64,000 nt of DNA from Bacteroidota bacterium (GTDB lineage: Bacteria; Bacteroidota; Ignavibacteria; UBA10030; SZUA-254): the NCBI GenBank assembly GCA_035495255.1, contig DATJGD010000063.1:1-64000 (forward strand). The letters are read 5' to 3'. The notes under the pieces are model-generated. The model did not search any database. It saw nothing but the letters and a program-made list of their open reading frames with translations, and had not been told where the DNA came from. The translations under genes and the position numbers were made by a program. Shown here in pieces: positions 27,808-37,212 of the stretch; the first letter of the stretch is position 1; each line of letters starts with the position of its first letter.

Positions 27808-28820
27808 CCCTGGCCCTCAGGTTCAAGCTGCTTTCTGAAAAACGGAAGCTTCGCAAGCAACTTTACCGTAACGACGCCGATGATGAGGGTTGTGAAGGTC
27901 GCAATGAGAACCGGCCCGAGGATCTCCGTCGGGTTCCGTGAGCCCGCCGCCGCCCGTATTGCAATCACCGTTGCAGGGATGAGCTGCACGTTGCTCGTAT
28001 TGATCACAAGGAACGTGCACATCGCATCGGTCGCCGTCCCCATTTTCCGGTTCAGCTTGTTCAGCTCCTCCATTGCCTTGAGGCCTAACGGGGTTGCGGC
28101 ATTCGCCAGGCCAAGCATGTTGGCCGAAATATTCATGATCATGGCTCCCATCGCCGGGTGATCGGCGGGGACGTCGGGAAACAGCCGGGTCATGATCGGC
28201 CGGAGAAGCCTGGCCAAACTGGCGGTTAGTCCCGATTGTTCGGCGATCTTCATGAGCCCCAGCCACAGCGCCATGATGCCAATGAGGCCGATGGCGAGCT
28301 CGACCGCGGTCTTCGCGTATTTGATAATGCCGTCGTTCGTCACGGAGTTCAGGTTGACAAAGGAAACGGCGTCAAAGCTCAGGTTTGCCCCGATCGCCGT
28401 CGCGCCGGAGTCGGTCGTGAGGTGGATGCGTGCCGAAAGATAGTCGGAACTCTTTTGCGCTTTAAGCCTGCCATTCCACAGCGGCGGAGCTTTATCGTTA
28501 AGGAAAATATGGAGTGTGCCGTCGGTTGTATTGGAGAGAAGCAATTCTGCCTTCTGCGGTTCGGTTGGAGCACCGGAAAAGGTCGACGTATGGACGATCG
28601 TGGAATTGCTTTCGTTCTTGAGTGCTTCGGTTCTCCGGTAGAATACCGTGCAGGGAAGCGGCTGGTTCGGCGTGATGCGAGCCGAATCGGAGGCGAGCTT
28701 TAGTTCGACAATATCTGTCTCGCCATTATGATACTTATGCGCCGAAATGTCGCTAACATCGCCGTACACTGCAACAGCAATGCCGATGACGATAAGTCCA
28801 AGCCAGATGTAGTTGAGCAT
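27804..28820 (-). CDS. spmA: Spore-maturation-protein-A-like nucleoside recognition (Gate) domain membrane protein with a large extracytoplasmic insert
   Basis: It has an N-terminal TM helix plus C-terminal SpmA-like helices, with a roughly 150 aa insert between them. Confidence 0.6.
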   Translation of the reverse strand: MLNYIWLGLIVIGIAVAVYGDVSDISAHKYHNGETDIVELKLASDSARITPNQPLPCTVFYRRTEALKNESNSTIVHTSTFSGAPTEPQKAELLLSNTTDGTLHIFLNDKAPPLWNGRLKAQKSSDYLSARIHLTTDSGATAIGANLSFDAVSFVNLNSVTNDGIIKYAKTAVELAIGLIGIMALWLGLMKIAEQSGLTASLARLLRPIMTRLFPDVPADHPAMGAMIMNISANMLGLANAATPLGLKAMEELNKLNRKMGTATDAMCTFLVINTSNVQLIPATVIAIRAAAGSRNPTEILGPVLIATFTTLIIGVVTVKLLAKLPFFRKQLEPEGQG

Positions 28821-28882
28821 GTCGTTATGAATGTCTCAAATCGTCGATAATATACTGCAATAATGTCCTTATGTCAATAGAA

Positions 28883-28899
28883 CCCCCCCCAAAAAAAAA
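28883..28899. repeat. Homopolymeric tract C8 followed by A9
   Basis: The sequence ccccccccaaaaaaaaa was read directly. It lies 63-80 nt upstream of the spmA start and abuts the terminator hairpin. Confidence 0.9.
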
Positions 28900-28900
28900 C

Positions 28901-28928
28901 AAGAGAGACTGCGAAAACAGTCTCTCTT
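28901..28928 (-). terminator. Intrinsic terminator (11-bp perfect stem) for the flotillin gene. On the minus strand its U-tract is the T9 run.
   Basis: The hairpin is AAGAGAGACTG-cgaaaa-CAGTCTCTCTT. The adjacent C8/A9 homopolymer at 28883-28899 gives a T9 run on the minus strand. Confidence 0.55.
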
Positions 28929-28991
28929 GGTGGTAAGGTCGTACTACTATAAAGTTCGACGGCTCTTTTGCCCTAAAGCATCGTCGAAGGT

Positions 28992-30797
28992 TTATTTCTT
29001 CTGTTCACCGTTGGAATTTTTCGACATCAGAAGGAACTGGGCAAGAATCCCGTCCATAATGTTCGATCCGCCGTTATTGCCGCCCGTGATAAGAGTGTCG
29101 GGCATGATGCGAACATTGCCCCCGGAGATCTTATCGATCACCTGAAGCCTTGTAAAGTTATCCTGTCCCATCGCTTTCGTCTGAAGTTCGTAAGCGGTGG
29201 CATTGGCTTTACCGATGGCTTCGATTTTTTCAGCTTCTGCCTTGCCGGTGAGCGCGATGCGGTTCGCCTCTGCATCTGCGGATAACTTCACCGCTTTTGC
29301 ATCACCCTCTGCTTTCTTCGCAGTCGCGTCCGCGTTATTCTGAGCAATCTGGATGCCCTGCTGCGATTGGACAACTCGTTCCTGGATATCAGCAAGCGAC
29401 CGTTGCTTCTCCAACTCCTGGCGTTGCTCCTGCGCTTCCTTCTGCGCGAGATACGTGGCTTTATTCTCCTGCGCCAATTTTCGGTTGGTAAGGGTTTCCA
29501 TCAGGCTGTCGGGAGGCGTGATATCGCCGATGAGCGTGTCCACCGCTTTGACATTGTATTGTTTCAGCACACCTTCAATATGATCCCGCGCGGATCGCTG
29601 TCGTTCCTGGCGCGTCGACAGGAATGAAATAACGTCGGAGTCCTGCGCTGAGTTACGAAAATAGTTGCCGATCGTCGGCTCGAGAACCTGGGAGACGAGA
29701 TTCTTCATATTGCCGAACCTCGCAATGACCTTGGGTGCTTCGATCGCCGGCACGTGGATAATTTGTGAAACATCCAGATTGAATTTAAACCCATCTTTCG
29801 ATCGGACCGTTATGGTCGACAAATTCTCATCGAGTTTATGAGACTCTGTCCGCGCCGTCGCCCAGTTCAACACCAAATTTGTGGTCGGAACAAGTTCTAC
29901 AGACATGATAAACGGATTGATAGCGTACTTGCCCGGTCCGAGCGTTTCGTTCCAGACACCCCGCTGTCCTTTGGAGACGATATTGCCGTGTTCAAACTCT
30001 ACGCCGCTGACATCTCTCCCTTCCTCTCCGACGAACGAATTCACAACGCCGACATACCCGATGGGGATATCAAGCATCTCGATAATCTTTACCGTGACTG
30101 CCCAGGGATTGAGATTCCAGGCGCCTGCCAGTAAGACCTGCTGCTGAAGGCCTCTGAAACCGCCTGCCCCAATAAACTTGTCGAAGTCCTGGTAGTTGTT
30201 ATGGCCGGCAACAAGATCACCGGCGATTTCCCCTTGCTTCAAAGGTTTGCCGTCCTGCGTCGTAACAACGCCGACCTGGTTCGGAGGTATCTTGGTAATG
30301 GGTACCATCTGGACTTCAAAGAGCAGCGTATTGACACGATACGTTCCCGTGAGGATGACGGCCGATTGCCGCCCCTTTTGTCCGCCTTGTGTCAAAAACT
30401 TTCTGGAGTCCTGAAAGTTATCGCACTCGACCCGTTTTCCCAAAATCCTGTCCGAGTCAAGCGATGCGCCATCCCTGGCGATGACCAATCCCAATTGTCC
30501 TTCAGGAATCACAGTAAACGTCTGCTGCGTGACAGAGTACTGCCAGGGCCACAGCCCGAAGTAGAGGCCCGGCGCCAATGTGTCTGCCTGAAATCCTGCT
30601 TCACCTTCCAGCGCCACAATGCGGTCAGGCGGGAGCTCTTTCTTTGAACCGACCAGCACATATTTCTTTTTTACCAGGCCGATCTTATCCTCGGGGATGC
30701 GTACCATCCCGAAGATGAAACGAAGGATATAATTGTAGAATAAGAGGGCAAACCCTAAAAGTAGTACCCACCAGTATGATGTGATTATTTCAGACAT
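28992..30797 (-). CDS. SPFH/Band-7 domain protein, flotillin-like (YqiK-type)
   Basis: 601 aa. It has an N-terminal TM helix and an SPFH domain. A long C-terminal A/E/K/Q-rich region is predicted to form a coiled coil. Confidence 0.75.
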   Translation of the reverse strand: MSEIITSYWWVLLLGFALLFYNYILRFIFGMVRIPEDKIGLVKKKYVLVGSKKELPPDRIVALEGEAGFQADTLAPGLYFGLWPWQYSVTQQTFTVIPEGQLGLVIARDGASLDSDRILGKRVECDNFQDSRKFLTQGGQKGRQSAVILTGTYRVNTLLFEVQMVPITKIPPNQVGVVTTQDGKPLKQGEIAGDLVAGHNNYQDFDKFIGAGGFRGLQQQVLLAGAWNLNPWAVTVKIIEMLDIPIGYVGVVNSFVGEEGRDVSGVEFEHGNIVSKGQRGVWNETLGPGKYAINPFIMSVELVPTTNLVLNWATARTESHKLDENLSTITVRSKDGFKFNLDVSQIIHVPAIEAPKVIARFGNMKNLVSQVLEPTIGNYFRNSAQDSDVISFLSTRQERQRSARDHIEGVLKQYNVKAVDTLIGDITPPDSLMETLTNRKLAQENKATYLAQKEAQEQRQELEKQRSLADIQERVVQSQQGIQIAQNNADATAKKAEGDAKAVKLSADAEANRIALTGKAEAEKIEAIGKANATAYELQTKAMGQDNFTRLQVIDKISGGNVRIMPDTLITGGNNGGSNIMDGILAQFLLMSKNSNGEQKK

Positions 30798-31036
30798 GAC
30801 GTGTCCCTCCAGACGGTCAAATTATGAGCGAATAGTACCGAAAATAGACATGTGGGAAGAAATGATACACTAAAGATACGGAATTCTTTACATAGCAACA
30901 ACAACCCCTGACGCCCTGTAGTATCATATTTCTAAACGATTCATCGTTTATTCAACGGTCCGGGTTCAAGCTCAGCCGGCGTGGTTGAATGTATATGCGG
31001 GAAGTCGTAATTTGAGAAAAATCGAATGGCGTAAGA

Positions 31037-32524
31037 ATGAAAGTCTTTCAGATATATCGAAGGTCGTTGGTAGTACTTGCGATAGTGGCTGTTTCCATCG
31101 CCTCTTTTGAAATCTCCCCGGCGCAGTCGAAGCCCGAGCTCATCAGCAAGCTGCTTTCGACCTATGCTCAATACGGTATCCTGAACGGATCGGTCCTTAT
31201 TGCCGAACGGGGAAAGCTTGTGTTTGAAAAGGGTTTCGGGTTTGCCGACATCGAATGGAATGTCCCGAACGAGGTTGAAACAAAATTCAACCTCGCGTCT
31301 GTCACGAAACAGTTCGTGGCGATGCTGGTTCTCCAGCAGGTTGAAAAGGGAACGATAAAACTTGAGGACAGGATTACCGATTACCTGCCCGGGTACCCGG
31401 CCAGGACCGGCAACAGAATTACGATCCACCAGCTCCTGAATCACACCTCGGGCATTCCCAACTATACCGATCTTCCTTCGTTTGACAACGTCATCAGCAG
31501 GACGCCCTATCCGTCGCCGCAGGCGATGGTCCGCGTGTTCAGCGACTCCGCGCTGCAGTTCGATCCCGGAACGAAATACTCCTACAATAATTCCGCGTAT
31601 TTTCTCCTTGGCGTCATTCTCGAGAAGGTGACCGGCAAAAAGTTTGACGATTTGCTGCATGCGAATATTCTCGGTCCGCTGGGGCTTAAGAATACCGGCC
31701 TCGACGATCAGTATGCGTTATTGCCAAAACGCGCGATGGGGTACAACCGCGGCGTTCTGGAAAACAACCATGCGGGAGTCTGGGACCGGTCATCGTTGTA
31801 TACCGCCGGCGGCATGTATTCTACCGTCGAAGATATGTATCGATGGGAGCAGTCATTGTACACCGATAAACTTCTCCCTGACCGCTACCGGTCGTTGTTG
31901 TTTACGCCATCGATTACGATTGATTCGGTCACGAGCTACGGCTATGGCTGGGTGATCAAGCGAATGCCGACGCACATAGGAAAGGACAGCGTTACGGTTA
32001 CCTACCACACCGGTACGATCACGGGCTTTAACGCGCTTATCTTCCGCATTCCGGAACGTCGGCAGACCTTCATTTTCCTCAATAATATTCTTGTGGGAAG
32101 AGAGCGCCTTATCGCGATGGCTACGGGATGCATGAATATACTCAACGGCGCTCCGTATGAGTTCCCGCGGCGGTCGCTCGCTGAAAATCTCGGAAAAGTG
32201 TATCTCCAGGACGGGATTGGTTCCGCGGTCGGAAAGTTTCCGGAAATGAAACGCGACACTGTGCACTTCGAGCTGGTCGAAAGCGAGATGAACGATCTCG
32301 GGTACCAGCTCTTGAGATCGCACCGGCAGAAAGATGCCCTCGAAATATTCAAGCTAAATTCCGCCGAGTTTCCCCTCTCCTCCAATGCCTTTGACAGCGA
32401 AGGGGAAGCGTTCCTCAGCCTGGGAGACACGACGAACGCCGCGATGAGTTATTCCAGATCGGTGCAGCTGGATTCCACAAACTTCAACGGCAGGGAGATC
32501 CTCCGGAGGTTAAAACCCAGGTAA
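31037..32524 (+). CDS. Serine hydrolase of the beta-lactamase/PBP family (class C-like) with a C-terminal TPR-like region
   Basis: It has a signal peptide and the SVTKQF motif (SxxK). A YxN-like motif and HTSG are also present. Confidence 0.8.
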   Translation: MKVFQIYRRSLVVLAIVAVSIASFEISPAQSKPELISKLLSTYAQYGILNGSVLIAERGKLVFEKGFGFADIEWNVPNEVETKFNLASVTKQFVAMLVLQQVEKGTIKLEDRITDYLPGYPARTGNRITIHQLLNHTSGIPNYTDLPSFDNVISRTPYPSPQAMVRVFSDSALQFDPGTKYSYNNSAYFLLGVILEKVTGKKFDDLLHANILGPLGLKNTGLDDQYALLPKRAMGYNRGVLENNHAGVWDRSSLYTAGGMYSTVEDMYRWEQSLYTDKLLPDRYRSLLFTPSITIDSVTSYGYGWVIKRMPTHIGKDSVTVTYHTGTITGFNALIFRIPERRQTFIFLNNILVGRERLIAMATGCMNILNGAPYEFPRRSLAENLGKVYLQDGIGSAVGKFPEMKRDTVHFELVESEMNDLGYQLLRSHRQKDALEIFKLNSAEFPLSSNAFDSEGEAFLSLGDTTNAAMSYSRSVQLDSTNFNGREILRRLKPR

Positions 32525-32605
32525 GTTTGTACTATAGTATCGTTCGCGGTATCCTTCGCCGGCCTGCTTTGCAAATCAGCTCATTTATAGCTATATTTTC
32601 AATGA

Positions 32606-32636
32606 AATCCCGATGTCAAAGTCGGGATTATTTTTG
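32606..32636 (+). terminator. Rho-independent terminator after the beta-lactamase-family gene
   Basis: The hairpin is AATCCCGA-tgtcaaag-TCGGGATT followed by ATTTTT. Confidence 0.5.
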
Positions 32637-32652
32637 AAATATTGCCCATTTC

Positions 32653-34449
32653 ATGAACCACATCCGAAATTTCTGCATCATTGCTCACATCGATCATGGC
32701 AAGTCCACGATAGCCGACCGTCTGCTTGAGCGGACGGGGACGATCACCGAACGGGAGATGAAGACCAACCAGGTGCTCGACGACATGGAGCTCGAGCAGG
32801 AACGCGGCATCACCATTAAGCTCCATGCCATTCAAATGAACTACGCAGCGCAGAATGGAAAGAAGTACGTTCTCAATCTCATTGATACTCCCGGCCACGT
32901 CGACTTTTCCTATGAAGTTTCACGCTCGCTTGCCGCCTGCGAAGGGGCAATTCTCGTTGTCGACGCCTCCCAGGGGGTAGAAGCGCAAACCATCAGCAAC
33001 CTGTACCTCGCGATCGATGCCGGGCTGGAAATCATACCGGTCATCAATAAGATCGACTTGCCGAGTGCGATGGTCGATTCGGTCAAACACCAGATTATGG
33101 ATCTCATCGGATGCCCTGAGGACGAGATCATTCTTACAAGCGCCAAGATGAAGCTGGGCGTCGACGAAATTCTCGAAGCTGTGGTCAAACGTGTCCCGCC
33201 GCCGAAAGGCGACCCGGAAGGTCCGTTGAAAGCTCTGATTTTCGATTCCATTTTTGACGGGTATCGCGGCTCGGTCGTCTACATCCGCATCGTCGACGGA
33301 ACATTGAAGGAAAAGGACAAGGTGAGATTCTTCGCGACAAATAAGATCTTTGACGCGGAGGAGGTCGGCATCCTCGAAATGCAGCGCGTGCGGACGAAAG
33401 AACTTTCCGCCGGGAATGTCGGTTATTTAATACCGGGTGCCAAGGATGTCCATGATACGAAAGTGGGTGATACGGTCACCAGCGAGGCACAGCCTGCCGA
33501 TGGCCCGCTCCCCGGGTACAAGGAAGCAAAGCCGATGGTGTTTGCAGGGCTCTACCCCGTGAATGCCGATAATTTTTCCGAGCTCAGAGAGTCCCTTGAA
33601 AAACTCCGGATGAACGACGCATCGCTTATTTTCGAGCCGGAGTCATCGGTTGCCCTCGGCTTCGGGTTTCGTGCGGGTTTTCTCGGCCTCCTTCACATGG
33701 AGATCATCCAGGAGCGGCTGGAACGGGAATATCAGCAGGAGCTTATTACCACCGTTCCGAACGTCGAGTACCGGGTGATTACCACAACCGGCGACGTCGT
33801 TCTCGTCGATAACCCTGCGTTCATGCCGGCGCTGGGGGACATCGAACGCGTGGAGGAGCCGTACATCAAGGCGCAGATCATCACGCCGTCCGAGTATATC
33901 GGTAACGTTATGAAATTATGTACCGAACGCCGCGGCGTTTACAAGAACACGACCTATATCGACCCGACCCGGGCGGACATACGGTACGAGCTCCCGCTCT
34001 CCGAAATTATTTTTGACTTCTACGACAAGCTGAAATCGACATCCCGGGGATATGCATCCCTTGATTATGACTTTCTCGAGAACAGGGAATCAGACCTCGT
34101 CAAACTCGATATTTTGCTGAACGGCGAATCGGTGGACGCGTTGTCGACGATCGTGCACCGGGACAAATCGTACGAGTGGGGGAAGAAGCTGTGCGCAAAG
34201 CTTCGCAAACTTATCCCGCGCCAGATGTTTGAAGTGGTGATCCAGGCGGCGATCGGGAGCAAAGTCATTGCGCGCGATCAGATTTCGGCGATCAGAAAAA
34301 ATGTCATCGCAAAATGTTATGGCGGCGACATTTCGCGCAAGCGCAAACTCCTTGAGAAACAAAAAGAAGGCAAGAAGCGTATGAAACAGGTGGGACGCGT
34401 GGAGATACCGCAGGAAGCGTTCCTGGCAGTTCTCGCAATGGAAGAATAG
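32653..34449 (+). CDS. lepA: Translation elongation factor 4 (LepA / EF4)
   Basis: GTPase motifs [17 protein letters not shown] and NKID are present. The 598 aa protein matches LepA along its full length. Confidence 0.95.
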   Translation: MNHIRNFCIIAHIDHGKSTIADRLLERTGTITEREMKTNQVLDDMELEQERGITIKLHAIQMNYAAQNGKKYVLNLIDTPGHVDFSYEVSRSLAACEGAILVVDASQGVEAQTISNLYLAIDAGLEIIPVINKIDLPSAMVDSVKHQIMDLIGCPEDEIILTSAKMKLGVDEILEAVVKRVPPPKGDPEGPLKALIFDSIFDGYRGSVVYIRIVDGTLKEKDKVRFFATNKIFDAEEVGILEMQRVRTKELSAGNVGYLIPGAKDVHDTKVGDTVTSEAQPADGPLPGYKEAKPMVFAGLYPVNADNFSELRESLEKLRMNDASLIFEPESSVALGFGFRAGFLGLLHMEIIQERLEREYQQELITTVPNVEYRVITTTGDVVLVDNPAFMPALGDIERVEEPYIKAQIITPSEYIGNVMKLCTERRGVYKNTTYIDPTRADIRYELPLSEIIFDFYDKLKSTSRGYASLDYDFLENRESDLVKLDILLNGESVDALSTIVHRDKSYEWGKKLCAKLRKLIPRQMFEVVIQAAIGSKVIARDQISAIRKNVIAKCYGGDISRKRKLLEKQKEGKKRMKQVGRVEIPQEAFLAVLAMEE

Positions 34450-34463
34450 ACAAAAGGAAACGT

Positions 34464-35351
34464 ATGGCAAAGAAAGCGGAAGAAAAAGCAGAGGGCTCAG
34501 TGGACAAGGTGAAAGCGTTTCTCAAAGAGTTCGTCATCGTCTTCGGGGCGTTCCTCGTGCTCAACAGTTTTGTCATCGCTTCCTTCGAGGTTCCCACCGG
34601 TTCGATGGAAAATGAAATCATGACGGGAGATTTTCTCCTCGTCAATAAGTTTGTCTTCGGCGGAACAACGCCGAAAACGATTCCGTTTACCTCGACGCAG
34701 ATCCCCTCGTTCAAGCTGCCGGCCCTCTGGAAAGTCGACCGGGGCGATGTTATCGTCTTTATCTTCCCCGGCATGCGGGACGAAGTGGCCCCGGCGGAGT
34801 TCGCGTATTATCTAAAGCGCTGTATGGCGGTCGCGGGAGACACACTGCAGGTCGTGAACCGTGTCGTCTACGTGAACGGCAAGCCCGCTCCGGTCCCTCT
34901 CAATATGAAATTCAATACGCCGGTCATCAAGCCGGCGGGCTATGCGGACACGAGGATTTTTCCCGACGGCGCACCGTTTAACGAGGACAATTACGGCCCC
35001 ATTGTGATCCCGAAAAAAGGAGATCACATCGCGCTGACACCGGCGACCCTTCCGGCGTGGAGAATCTTCATCATGCGCGAAGGGCATGCCGTGGCGCAGC
35101 GCGGAACGCAGATTCTCGTCGACGGAAAACCGCAGGACTCCTACATTGTCCAGCGCAATTATGTCTTTGGAATGGGAGACAACCGCGATAACAGCCTTGA
35201 CAGCAGATTTTGGGGATTCATTCCCGAAGAAGCGGTTGTGGGCACTCCGCTCGTCGTGTACTGGTCGTGGGATCCCGACGTGTCGATCTTTGCGGTGAAA
35301 GACAAACTTTCGTCCATACGGATGAGCAGGTTCGCGACGCTCGTCCACTAG
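34464..35351 (+). CDS. lepB: Signal peptidase I
   Basis: Catalytic Ser (GSMENEI) and Lys (KRCMAVAGD) boxes are present. The GDNRDNSLDSRFWG box is also present. Confidence 0.85.
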   Translation: MAKKAEEKAEGSVDKVKAFLKEFVIVFGAFLVLNSFVIASFEVPTGSMENEIMTGDFLLVNKFVFGGTTPKTIPFTSTQIPSFKLPALWKVDRGDVIVFIFPGMRDEVAPAEFAYYLKRCMAVAGDTLQVVNRVVYVNGKPAPVPLNMKFNTPVIKPAGYADTRIFPDGAPFNEDNYGPIVIPKKGDHIALTPATLPAWRIFIMREGHAVAQRGTQILVDGKPQDSYIVQRNYVFGMGDNRDNSLDSRFWGFIPEEAVVGTPLVVYWSWDPDVSIFAVKDKLSSIRMSRFATLVH

Positions 35352-35358
35352 GTTTCCT

Positions 35359-35985
35359 ATGCTTCACAATGTCAAGATATGGAGAATCGTTTGGCCCTAC
35401 CTCCAGGTGGTCCTCGGCGCAGCTGTTGTTGCCCTCCTTCTGAAAACCTACGTCGTCGATGCGATCGTCGTTCCCTCGCATTCCATGGAGCAGACTCTTC
35501 TTGTCGGTGATTATGTCATTGTGAATAAGCTTGTTCACGGAACCGGGGAGAATTCCGAAGCAGGCATCGCTCCCCTGCCGGCGGTGCGCCGTGTGGAGAG
35601 GGGGGATGTTGTCGTGTTCCGTACGCCGTTTGAATCGCATTCGGGAGAAACCATCTTTGTCAAACGCTGCATTGCCGTTGCAGGCGACGAGATCGCCATC
35701 GAACAAGGTACGGTCCTCGTCGACGGCGTCCGGATGCCTCTGGAGCGGGGCCGCAACGACGAATCCTATGGGCCCGTTGTTGTCCCGCAGAATCATCTGT
35801 TTGTCATGGGAGACAATCGTAACCATAGCTTCGACAGCCGGGACTGGGGATTTCTTCCGGAAGAGAATGTGATCGGGAAAGCAACCTTCATCTATTGGTC
35901 GGTCGACAAGGAAAACGGCATTCACGGAATTTCTGATTTCTTTTCCTCGATCCGCTGGAATCGCGTCGGAACACTTGTTCATTAA
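35359..35985 (+). CDS. lepB: Signal peptidase I (second tandem paralog)
   Basis: SHSMEQTL, KRCIAVAGDE and GDNRNHSFDSRDWG boxes are present. Confidence 0.85.
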   Translation: MLHNVKIWRIVWPYLQVVLGAAVVALLLKTYVVDAIVVPSHSMEQTLLVGDYVIVNKLVHGTGENSEAGIAPLPAVRRVERGDVVVFRTPFESHSGETIFVKRCIAVAGDEIAIEQGTVLVDGVRMPLERGRNDESYGPVVVPQNHLFVMGDNRNHSFDSRDWGFLPEENVIGKATFIYWSVDKENGIHGISDFFSSIRWNRVGTLVH

Positions 35986-35993
35986 GAGCCCCT

Positions 35994-37133
35994 GTGGCAA
36001 GCCTGTATCTCCATATTCCTTTCTGCGAGCATAAGTGCATCTATTGTGACTTCTATTCCATCGAATCGATCGATCCGATGGAATCGTTTGTCCGCGCGCT
36101 GAAGAACGAGATTCTCCTGCACGATTCCTATGCAGCGAAGGAATCATTCGAGACGATCTTCTTCGGGGGAGGAACCCCGTCGCTGCTCTCCCCGGCCGTT
36201 CTCGGAGAGATTCTTAATTTGTTATCGAAAACGTTCACGATCACTCCCAACGCTGAAATTACGATGGAAGCAAACCCCGGGACGGTCGAACAGAAAAAGC
36301 TTGGGGACTTCCGGGCCGCGGGCGTGAACAGGATCAGCTTCGGGGTTCAGTCGTTCCATGACGATGAATTGCGATTTCTCACCCGCATTCATAGCGCGGA
36401 CGAGGCCGAGTCCGCGATCCGCTCGGCGAGAGCGTGCGGCTTCGGTAATGTCAGCCTGGATTTAATCTTTGCGCTCCCCGGACAGACGATGGAGAAATGG
36501 ATGTCGAACCTCGAACGGGCGGCGCGGCTTGACCTCGAACATCTTTCCGCCTACAGCCTGATCGTCGAGCAGAATACTCCGCTCTCGCGGATGGTGAGAT
36601 CGAAGCAGGTTTCCCAGCTGCCGTTGGAAACGGAGGCAGATATGTACCAGGCGACAATGGCATTTCTTCATGCCAAAGGATACGAACACTACGAGATTTC
36701 GAACTACGGCAAGCCGGGGTATTTTTCCCGTCATAACATGAATTACTGGAACCACTCCAACTACCTGGGGTTCGGGCCTTCGGCCCACTCGTACTGGACA
36801 GGCAAACGCTGGTGGAATATTTCCAATGTCCAGAACTATTGCGATATGATCTCAGCCGGCCGTCTTCCGCGGGCAGGGGAGGAGCAACTTGAACTTGCCC
36901 AGCTGTTCGATGAGAGAATCATGCTGGGGCTTCGCAGCGACGGCATCGACCTGGAGCGCCTCCGGCGGGAATTCGGCGGCGAAGTTCTTGCGCCGTACCG
37001 CGAGACCATCGATCTCCTGATCGGTGAGCAGCTCGCGACCGCCACCGAAGCATCTCTGCGCCTGACTGACAAAGGATATCTGCTGTGTGACGAAATTACA
37101 CAACGCTTTCTGGCGACTCCTTCCGCCGCTTGA
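35994..37133 (+). CDS. hemW: Radical-SAM heme chaperone HemW (oxygen-independent coproporphyrinogen-III oxidase-like), GTG start
   Basis: It has a CxxxCxxC radical-SAM motif (CEHKCIYCDFYS). Its length of 379 aa and the absence of the fourth Cys, which is typical of HemW versus HemN, support the call. Confidence 0.8.
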   Translation: MASLYLHIPFCEHKCIYCDFYSIESIDPMESFVRALKNEILLHDSYAAKESFETIFFGGGTPSLLSPAVLGEILNLLSKTFTITPNAEITMEANPGTVEQKKLGDFRAAGVNRISFGVQSFHDDELRFLTRIHSADEAESAIRSARACGFGNVSLDLIFALPGQTMEKWMSNLERAARLDLEHLSAYSLIVEQNTPLSRMVRSKQVSQLPLETEADMYQATMAFLHAKGYEHYEISNYGKPGYFSRHNMNYWNHSNYLGFGPSAHSYWTGKRWWNISNVQNYCDMISAGRLPRAGEEQLELAQLFDERIMLGLRSDGIDLERLRREFGGEVLAPYRETIDLLIGEQLATATEASLRLTDKGYLLCDEITQRFLATPSAA

Positions 37134-37212
37134 CCTTCCTTGCGATTGTTTCCAATTTCATCTATATTTAGTTCGCATTTTTAATGAATTTCCCTGTTTT
37201 ATTGAGGATTGA

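Noticed and set aside
30941-31660. 239-aa minus-strand ORF
   Set aside because: It is entirely antisense to the well-supported beta-lactamase-family gene (31037-32524) and has no recognisable motifs.
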